22,591 nt of DNA from Paraspadella gotoi (taxonomy: Eukaryota > Animalia > Chaetognatha). Under the pieces are notes generated by a model. The model saw only the letters and a list, made by a program, of their open reading frames with translations. It made no database searches and was not told where the DNA came from. Every line of letters starts with the position of its first letter. Position 1 is the first letter of the stretch. Both the position numbers and the translations under genes were made by a program. The stretch is taken from positions 1 to 22,591 of the forward strand of contig JBJCIZ010000167.1 of NCBI GenBank assembly GCA_051294375.1. Reading direction: 5' to 3'. This document shows, in pieces, positions 1 through 9,700 of the stretch.

Positions 1-1624
1 TAGGATGGGGAGAGATGGAGAAGAGATGCCATATGGTCTATGAGTCAGTCAATGAACCCTTTTCGCGAATTTTTTTTTCTTAATTAAAAATGGATGATAA
101 ATAATAGAATTAAATTCCCTTTATAAAGGTTGTTATATTTAAAAGAAAATTAGCAATACAATTAAACACAATGATGTGTCTTGCTTTGTCAAATATGTCA
201 GCAGTTAAGTAATTTTTTAAAAATTTTATTATGATAAACAAGCAGTATATCAAGCTTTTTCTTTGCAGTTGAAGATAATGAAAAATGATTATTTTTTTTT
301 CACAGACAAGAAGGTAGACGTCCAGGACTGTTTATATCAAGCTGAAACATTTTATTATTTATCATTTTTCATATTTAAAAAAACATTTTATCAAGCTACT
401 ACAAATTTTTTTGCTTGTTTTTTACTTTAACTGAAAAATACAAGCAAATTTATAAAGTAGAGAAAATTTAATGGTAATTAAAATGTAATTCAGACTATCC
501 TCTTTCAATTTACAAAAGAAAAACAAAAAATTTATATGCCTTCATTGAAATTTGTAATGCAAAAAACTGTTATACTTTTAACTCGTATTTAAATAAAAAC
601 TGTGTAAAGATTTATGGATAAAATTTAACAAAACTGTTCTAGAAATGTGTCCCATGATTAGGGCTTTAATTTGATACCACACCCACCTTGCTCCCTCTTT
701 TTTTTTCAAAAGATATTCAAGAAAACAACTTTTTTTATTACTTTTTTGCATCTTGCAGTTTTTTTAAACAACCTAACTTTTGGCCTTAAAAATGTCTAGT
801 TGGGATTGTTTAAACTTTTTAAATTTTGTCCAAGGATAATATAATATCACTCCACAAAATTAAATAGCATCTGATTTAAAAAAAAGTTTTCGTCTGTTTC
901 ATACATAATTTTTAATATCAGTAATTTTTAGATTTTGTCAAAAGTAAGTAAATATAGCAGTCAGTATTACTAAAAATAAAAGAAGTTATCAAATTATTAT
1001 AATTGAAAAAGATACAACTGACCAGTAGCTATTAAAAGCATCATGAACAATTAATTAAAAATTATGTTTATTATGCTAAAAAAAAATTCAAAGTTATAAA
1101 TTTGTTCATATATTTAATTATTTAATTTATTTATTTTCTATATCAAAACATCAGATAAACTTACTATATATGTATTTTAAGGCCTATATTAGGTAGGTAA
1201 GTCCCTTATAATATAAAATTTTTCTTCAATCATTTGGCATAGTTATAATTTTTTTTAATTTAAATTATTTGAAAAAAAATTAAAATAATATTTTAATAAA
1301 GAAAAATTAATTACAAATAAACTATTAAAGATAGAATAATGGTTATGGACTCAAACGAAAGAAAATTGTTCATAGATTATGGGTGATGCATGATATTTTC
1401 ATTTTTAAAAATATTTAAACTATTTTTAATTTTTTTTTATTCTACTTTATTGATTTTATATAGCTAATTTTAATATTAATTTATAAAAAAACTGTCATTA
1501 GGAAAAATTGATTACCCTTTTTTTTGTGTAGCCCAAAGGTCCGGAAACGTATCCCGGGACATCTCATTCTTGTGCACTCCATGCCGATTAAATCGATGTA
1601 AAAAGGAACCGTGTATGATAAATA

Positions 1625-2197
1625 ATGACTATATCTAATGCTAAACTAGAATTACATGCGTATCACCTACACGTCGATATCGTGACCCTTCCCACTTCAA
1701 ACAGTTATAACTACATCCTTACGGCAGTAGACCGATTCACTCAATGGCCTATCGCCATCCCAATGAGAGATATTGCCGCTAAGACCGTCGCCGACGCCTT
1801 CGTCCATGGATGGATTAGCTCATTCGGCATCCCCGCGACAATAACAACTGATCGTGGCTCCCAATTTTTATCCTCGACATGGAAACAATTACTATCATCT
1901 TGGGGAATCAAGCATAATCCTACTACAGCCTATCATCCGCAATCAAACGGACTCGTCGAGAGATGCCATCGACGTTTGAAGGAATCTCTCGTCGCCCTGG
2001 GCGCCGATACTCGAGCCTACGAGGCCGACGACGCCGAAAACGGCGCCGCCAGTCCGCCCCGGACGCCGTCTCCGCCTCCGTCACCTCCGCCTCCAGGTCG
2101 TCGTCCCGGAATTCGAAGCCGATTTCCAACTCCATCAACTCGAGTCCTTTGTTTTGTTTTGTTTTGTTTTATTTTTTTCATTTCGTTGCGTAGGTAA
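1625..2197 (+). pseudogene. Truncated Ty3/Gypsy LTR-retrotransposon integrase (rve catalytic core), CsRn1/Kabuki-like
   Basis: The translation contains HLHVDIV..YILTAVDRFTQWP..FGIPATITTDRGSQF..TTAYHPQSNGLVERCHRRLKESL. The catalytic residues D18, D76 and E112 have the canonical 35-residue D-E spacing. Homology spans about 1661-1999. There is no HHCC zinc finger, RT or RNase H upstream, and the ATG and the F-rich C-terminus come from AT-rich flanks. The clade call is from my recall of the DRFTRWP/TTDRG motifs. Confidence 0.93.
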
Positions 2198-2287
2198 CAT
2201 TAAAGTAAACAGTTTTTATTTTTATGTCATTGTAATGATTTCCTTTCTTTTCGTTAATTTAGGAATTTTATGTCATACAACGAATGT

Positions 2288-2463
2288 AATTAGTATGAAA
2301 AACGCACATGTTTCGGCTATATTGTTAGCCTTCTTTTCTCTCACTCTCTCTCTCTCTCTAACCATTACTTTTTGGCAAAAAATCTTTGAGAATTTCAAAT
2401 CAAAATTTTGCGCGGAAGAGGGCTAACAATATAGCCGTAACTTGTCCGTTTTTCATACTAATT
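2288..2463. mobile_element. Fold-back / MITE-like element with 48-bp inverted arms
   Basis: 2288-2335 (aattagtatgaaaaacgcacatgtttcggctatattgttagccttctt) is the reverse complement of 2416-2463 with 4 mismatches. The 80-bp spacer contains a CT tract. The inverted repeat is seen directly, the MITE identity is inferred, and there is no clear TSD. Confidence 0.6.
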
Positions 2464-3025
2464 CCATAAGTCACTGGCTTGTGGCTTCTTTTAACCAAAA
2501 TTAGGTAAAATTGATCAATTGATCATTCGTAAAGAATCAAATTTAAAAAACTTATTGGCCTTCAGGAACCGTAGTTTTTACTGTAAAAAATGTTTATTAT
2601 TTTTTATGCCTCGAGAGTCGCGCGTTCAATGCGTTGGCTGTAGGATGAATAGGCTTTATATAATTTAACATAGAGCAAGGATTTTTAAATACGTAGATTG
2701 CAATAAGATTTTTAGTCGAATCTGCTAATCGCAGATTCCGACTCTATAAACCACTTTGTCGCTCCGTCGGTTCACCCCCCCAAATCTTGTCGGTAAATAA
2801 TTTTTATCATATCAGAACATCGAATTATAATAAATTAGGTCTAATAAATTATACCAAAAAAAAAACAATATCCGGAAATGAGTCCAACCAACTTAAAGTC
2901 AAGTTGACTTGAATTTTTATTATTTATACTTATTTAATTAATTAAAATGAAAAATGGTGCAATTTTAAAAATGATGCGAGTTGAAAAAATTAGGCTTTAT
3001 TTGTAATTATTTCTACCCTACTAAC

Positions 3026-3030
<5 letters not shown>

Positions 3031-3076
<46 letters not shown>

Positions 3077-3099
3077 AAGATAAAAAAAAGAGAGAGAGA
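3031..3099. repeat. Compound microsatellite (TA)n(GA)n
   Basis: A TA run at 3031-3058 is followed directly by a GA run at 3059-3076, with a short GA run near 3090-3099. Confidence 0.95.
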
Positions 3100-3876
3100 T
3101 ACAAATAAAGTTTTAAACAAGGAATTTTAGAGAGGAGAGATATTAGAAATGAGGACAGCTGAAGATAAGATCAGATAGGAATGGAAGAACAACGTCGCAC
3201 CCAATTTTATATCTCCAAGAGGCATAATGCATAATGTAATACTTCAGTATCTAAAATTTAAGAACTCGAAAACATTTTTTCAACAAAACAATTGAAGAGC
3301 CTTTTGTTTTCAGATAGTTCCGCTAGGAAAATAACAAAGAAATAAAGAGACGAAAAAAATCATATTAATTTAATCGTTTTAAATTTTGCGCAAAGAAATG
3401 TGAGCATATTTCATTCAATTGTTATGGTAATTATTTTATAAAATGTTAGTTACGTCTAAAATTTATATCCCCGCTGGAATCAAGCGGTGCTCCGACCCCT
3501 ATTATCAGAATAACAAAAAAGTAATGTTTAATTTGACTATATCTCTCTTCTCAACTCCTATTTTAGATATAATTTGCTAAAAGTGGGCCGACCGGTCCAA
3601 AGTTACAGTAATAAATAAAAACACAAAAAAATTATTTTTTTAGAAAATGATACATACATACATACAGGTATCGCCTACCTGTCACATTAGCTGATGCACA
3701 TGTGACATTGCATGTCATTTTAAGTTATTTTTTACTTTATCTAAAATGTAAACACGAAAATCTCGGATGTAAATTTGGGATTTTGTATTAAAAAAATGGC
3801 GATAATAAGAGTTTTTAAAAGGAAAAATATAATCCGAATTTTTCAAAAAAACGAACGATCAAGCAAGAGATAGTAC

Positions 3877-3935
3877 AGAGAGAGAGAGACAGAAAGAGAG
3901 AGAGAGGAGAGAGAGGAGAGAGAGAGAGAGAGAGA
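3877..3935. repeat. Imperfect (GA)n microsatellite
   Basis: Interrupted AG dinucleotide run seen directly. Confidence 0.9.
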
Positions 3936-6151
3936 GGAAAGAAGCTGAACTGACGCCGCAGTGCCGGAACTCGTTTACTCGTCGCCGAGTGACGGTGGTG
4001 AAAAAAAAAAGAGACTAAAAATAAAAAAAAAGAGATAGAGTAAGGACGTCTTGCTTAAAAAAATTCATTTTTCTAATAGAGAATTCCGTTCAAATCTGTA
4101 CTACCCAAATTGCAAACGCGTTTGCCAGAAATTCGGTTAAAAAACACTTGTAAAAACGCACGATTCCAGAGCGTTACATCTAGAGCTTTGCCTTTCGTTT
4201 TATGGCATTTGATAAAGGATTTAATATCAAACAAGCCAGGAGAAATGCACTACTCATCTCCGGAAATTTTCAAACCTCATTTTTACTATAGAAATGAAAG
4301 GGAATTTTTACAAACTTAAAATTGCAAACGGGATTGCTATATGTTTCTGTTACATGAGACTCGAGAATTTCGCGATTCTGATAGCTTTGTGTCTGAAGAG
4401 CTTGTCTATTTTTCTTTTTTCATTTTATAATGATTTTGACATAAAATAAGGACCAGTGGATAAATGATATCATAGCTTAAGGTGCATAATCATTTAAAGG
4501 AATGTCGAATGGTGATAGTGATTGATTTCGTTCCCGGCGGAAGTGAGAAAGAGGAGCCCATCTCAGTGCTGTTGGCGATTCGAACAAGGACGAGATATTA
4601 ATTGAAAATTTTTTTAATTGATCTCGCCTAGAATACTGATAGCCCGTCCCATTCTCTTACTTTCACTTGGGAAGTCATTTTTCCTATAATTGTCGAATTT
4701 TTTATGTTTTTGATGCAGAAAGCTGAATTCGTTGCGTCTGGCGGCTCCTCTGATAACAGGAAATTTTTAATGGTTGTACTTATTTTTTCCAAGATACGCA
4801 CAGAGTCATGGAAAAAGAAAAACCAAATTCCTCTGTAAATTCAAACAAGGGATGTTATTTCCCTTTTGGTAACATTTGTCATGACTCAGTGATATCTTTC
4901 CGGTTTCCTTGTATCTTGTATCACACCAGATTTGAATTTTGGAGAAGATAAAGAGCCGTTCCTTCTTGTTATTACTTGTACTAATGTTAGAGGTTATATT
5001 TCGATTCCAATTAATTGATTTGATTTTAAAAGAACTAGAGTTAATTTTTCATACCATAATTTTTTAACCATTCCGATTTTTTCTTTTTTTTCTTTTTTGA
5101 GGGAAAAAAGATAATCAGTTTACGAGGTGCCAGACGGAAATGATGAACACAACATCGTACGGAAAAGACTGGACCCAATTCCAACATATATGGCCTAATT
5201 TACGCGCTGCAGAGAAGTAGCTAATTGAGTAAAAGCTAGTAAAGACGCAAGAGAGATCTGTAATGAAATAAAACATTTAATTCTTAACCAATTTTTCAAA
5301 CAGAAAAACCACTACAGTACTACGGCACTAAGGGTACAGAGTACAAAGAGTTCGTCGTCGTCTTCGTCTTTGTTGGAATCATTTGAGTTCCTAAAAGTCG
5401 ACCAGCAAAATACGTCCTCAGGGCTGAATTTCAAAATTGAATTAATAATAAAATTTAAATGGCATGTTGATTTTATCATAATTTTATGTTTTTCTTTCTC
5501 TCTCATCTCTATCTCAATCGTTATAATAAATTTATAGGCAATTTGGTTTCAGTTTCAAGGAAACATTTCGAAACGTTTCGGCTTTGAATGCAAGCCTTCA
5601 TCAGCGTCAAATAATTTGTAAATTGTTACAGTTTTTTGTGTGAAAGAAGGGAGAGAGAGTGAGAGAGAGAGTGTAGAGAGACTTGGCTCTCCCGCGTCGC
5701 GAGGTAGGCGTGGCTCGTCGTGAGAGAGAGGTAAACGTAAATCTGACGGATCTCGAACGTCGAAAATATCTCGAAGAGAAAAGACTCGAAAATGGAACCA
5801 AATAATGAGACGAAATATAAATGTAAATGGAATATAATCGAGCAGTAAATCAAGCAGAAAATCCGACGTAAATCAAGCAAAAAATCGTACAAAAAATCCG
5901 GAGAAAATAGTCGACGTCTGTCGAAATAACCGTGAGAAAATAGTTTGTGTTTCCCACACAGAGTTGAGAAAGAATAGTGGTCAAGTGGATATTTAACGAG
6001 GAAATTCCAGCTTCTCTACCTTTTCCCAACTGATCTTTTGTTCCCTTAACTACGCAAGGATATTCCGTTTCTCTGGCGATCACAGCGACACCTGTAGTTT
6101 CGATTATGTATTAAAGTATATACTTAAGTACAAGTTTCCGAGGCAGTGCGT

Positions 6152-6235
6152 GGCGGCTCTGATTGGTTGCCGCCGTTTCGATAGATCTCAGTCCTGATTT
6201 CTATCGACGTGTAGCCTTTCAGACTTCACTTAGTC
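6152..6235 (+). promoter_or_regulatory. Candidate Pol II promoter: NF-Y-type CCAAT box and Inr-like motifs
   Basis: ctgattggtt at 6159-6168 reads AACCAATCAG on the minus strand, matching the NF-Y consensus, and is flanked by ggcggc/gccgcc. TCAGTC (6188-6193) and TTAGTC (6230-6235) resemble the arthropod initiator. A canonical intron follows downstream. Motif evidence only. Confidence 0.35.
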
Positions 6236-6394
6236 TCACACTGCGTTTTGCTACTTTTTAATAAGTTTTTCTACAATTCGCATATAGATATTCTCGGAAA
6301 CACGTTTTTTTAATAATAAGTTTTTGTGATCGCTGGATTGGGTGGACTTCTTTGTGATAGAGGCAACATTTTACAATTCTGGCTTCAGAAACAA

Positions 6395-6467
6395 GTAAGA
6401 GAATCTCTTTAAAATTTATATATATATTTACTGAGTGTGTATTAAATGTTTTGTTCCCTTTGTCCAG
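6395..6467 (+). other. Candidate 73-nt spliceosomal GT-AG intron
   Basis: Donor aa|GTAAGA, AT-rich body, branch-like tactgag, pyrimidine tract tgttttgttccctttgtc and acceptor CAG|G. The flanking sequence is GC-richer. Confidence 0.5.
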
Positions 6468-6714
6468 GATTTTCTAACTTTAGCTTCAAGAGAAGATCCT
6501 GGATTTCGCATCGACTTGATCGTCCGCCTTGCGTCGACGATCATCTTTGCCGAGACTTTGTCGTCAGCCATCTTGAGCTAGTGGACCGGTGCCATCGTCT
6601 CTTTCTGCGCCATCTCCTTCGAATTCCTCTACTTTGATAGCGCAGAATTAGTTCAGGAAAGTTAGCGAATCAACGATAGCCACCTCTACGACTTCAGTTC
6701 GTTTAAGCACACTG

Positions 6715-9700
6715 CAGAAAACGAACTTTTTCTCTGTAAAAAGATATGAAAACTTTAAAAATAAACAAGAAAACGATTTTTTCCAATGTAAAAAGAATAA
6801 AACTTTAAAAAAAAAACGGCAAACTTTTTTCGCAATGGTAAAAAAGTAAAAAAACACCGATAAACCGACTTTTCTGAAAGTAAAAAGTAATAAAAATGTT
6901 AAATACACCGGCAAGACGATATTTCCAAAGAGATAACAACTTAAAACAAGAAAAACGCTTTTTTCAATGTAAAAAGAGATAAAAAATTTCTAAAACACGG
7001 AAAACGATAATTTTCCAAGAAAAAAGAAATAAAAACGTTAAATTTTACTTTCTGCAAAATAACATCATCGAGGTTGTTAAAAATTGGGTGAGGACAGTTT
7101 ATTAAATTATCTTTTTATCAAAACAAACAAATTTTGCGCTCTCTTTAATTTTTCAACATGTCTCCTTCTGCTCTTTCTGTGCTTTTCTCTTTAATTTTTA
7201 TGTACTTTCTCTCGACTCTCAAAGATAAAAACGTTGAATACACCAGAAAACGACTTTTTCTCTGTAAAAAGATATGAAAACTTTAAAAATAAACAGAAAA
7301 ACGAATTTTTCCAAATGTAAAAAAGAAATAAAAACTTTAAAAAAAACGCAAACGTTTTTTCAAATTAAAAAAGAGTTAAAAAACACCGATAAACACTCGA
7401 CTTTTTCTAAAGTAAAAGTGATAAAAACTTAAATAAGCGGCAGACGATATTTCCGCAAAGAGATAAGCAAACTTTAAAAACAAGAAAACAGCTTTTTCCA
7501 ATGTAAAAAAAGAATAAAAAATTTCTAAAACAGAGGAAGCCGGAAAAACGATATTTTTTAAAAGAAAAAGAAATAAAAACGTTAAATACTTCTGCAAATA
7601 ACATCATGCGAGGTTGTTTAAAATTGGTTGAGGGACAGTTATTAAATAATCTTTTTGATCAAAACAAACAAATTTCCTCTCTTTTATTTTAATGTCTATT
7701 TCTCTCCTCTCTTTTCTCTTTAATTTTATGGTAGCTTTCTCTCACTCTCAATAGATAAACGTTAAATACACGCAGAAAAACTGACTTTTTCTCTGTAAAA
7801 GATATGAAAAACTTTAAAAATAACAGAAAACGATTTTCCAAAGGTAAAAAGAAATAAAAACTTAAAAAAAAAAAAAAACAGGCAAACGTTTTTTTCAATG
7901 TAAAAAGAGTTAAAAAACAAGATAAACGACTTTTCTAAAAAGTAAAAACCTAATTAAAAACGTTAAAATACACGGCAGACGACATTATCAAAGAGATAAC
8001 AATTTAAAACAAAGAAAAAACGCTTTTTCAATGTAAATAAGAGAATAAAAATTTCTAAACACCGAAAACGATATTTTCAAAAGAAAAAAATGAAATAAAA
8101 CGTTAAATACTTCCTGCAAATAACATCATCGAGGTTGTTAAATTGGGTGAGGACAGTTATTAAATATCTTTTTATGCAAAACAAACAAATTTCCGTCTCT
8201 TTTATTTTTTATGTCATCCTTCTCTCATCTCTTTTCTCTTAAATTTTTTTGTAAGCTTTTCCTCTCCAACTCTCAAATAGATAATGAAAACGTTAAATAC
8301 AACCAGAAACGACTTTTCTCTGTAAAAGAGATATGAAAACTTAATAACAGAAAACGATTTTTTTCCAATGTAAAAAGAAATAAAAACTTTAAAAAAAACG
8401 GCAAACTTTTTTCCAATGTAAAAAAAAGTTAAAAAAAAAGCAAACCGATAAACGACTTTTCCTAAAAGTATAAGTAATAAAAAATGTTAATACACCGGCA
8501 GACGATATTTCCAAGAGACATACAACTTTAAAAACAAGAAAACGCTTTTTCAATGCTAAAAGAGATAAAAAATTTCTAACACCACGCGGAAAACGATATT
8601 TTTCCCAAGAAAAAGCAAACTAAAAACGTTAAAATACTTTCTGCAAATGAACATCAATCGAGGTTGGGTTAAACGATTGGGTGAGGACAGTTTTAAATAA
8701 TCTTTTATTCAAAAAACAAACAATTTCCATCTCTTTTATTTTATGTCTCCTTCTCGCTCTTCTCTTTCTCTTTAATTATTATAGTTAACTTTCTCGTCAA
8801 CTCTCAAAGAGAAAATAACGTTTGAATCACCCCAGAAAACGCACTTTCTTCTCTGTAAAAAGAATATGAAAACTTTAAAATAAGCAGAAAATCGATTTTT
8901 CCCAATGTAAAAGAAATAAAACTAAAAATAAAACGGCAAACGTTTTTTCCAATGTAAAAGAGTTAAAAACACCCGATAAACGACTTTTCATAACAGTAAA
9001 AAGTGATAAAACGTTAAAATACAGCGGCAGACGATATTTCCAAAGAGATAACAACTTTAAAAACAGCAAAAATCGACGCTTTTTCTCCAATGTAAGAGAT
9101 AACAATAAGATTTCTCACAAACATACCGCGCGACCGGAAAAACGATATTTTTAAAGAAAAAAGAAATAAAAACTAATTACTTCTGCAAAATAAACATCAT
9201 CGAGGATTGTTAAAATTGGGTGAGGAGCAGTTATTAAATAATCTTTTGATCAAAACAAAACAAATTTCCTCTCTTTATTTTATGTCTATTTCTCTCTCTC
9301 TTTTCTCTTTAATTTTATGTAGCTTTCTCTCCTCTCAATAGATAAAAAACGTTAAATACACCAGAAAAACGACTTTTCTCTGTAAAAAGATATGAAAAAC
9401 TTTAAAAAATCAACAGAAAACGATTTTTTTTCCAAGGTAAAAAGAAAATAAAAATTAAAAAAAAACGGCAAACGTTTTTCCAATGTAAAAGAGTTAAAAA
9501 ACACGGATAAAACGACTCTTTCTAAAGTAAAAACTAATAAAAACGTTAATACAACCCGGCAGACGACATTTCTCAAAGAGGATAACAACTTTAAAAAACA
9601 CAGAAAAACGCTTTTTCAACTGTAAAAAAGAGATAAAAAAAATTTCTAAAACACCGAAAACGATATTTTTCAACAAAAAAAAAGAAAATACAAAATGTTA

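Noticed and set aside
1-1620. Possible + strand host exons (acceptor-like sites near 268, 305, 758 and 1531; donors near 944 and 1197)
   Set aside because: There is no consistent reading frame or recognisable peptide, and such sites are common in very AT-rich DNA.
1923-2193. Arg-rich and acidic ORFs 1923-2138 (-) and 1963-2193 (+)
   Set aside because: They are shadow frames of the GC-rich integrase tail.
2895-2910. aagtcaagttgactt as a possible ecdysone-response element
   Set aside because: The half-sites and spacing do not match the AGGTCA-n-TGACCT IR1 pattern, and short palindromes arise by chance.
3651-3710. (TACA)n followed by two small stems (caggta/tacctg, tgtcacat/atgtgaca)
   Set aside because: The stems are only 6-8 bp and no element boundaries can be defined.
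5260-5292. Tiny minus-strand intron (gttaag...tttcattacag, about 31 nt)
   Set aside because: The donor is weak, the intron is implausibly short without knowing the taxon, and no frame is supported.
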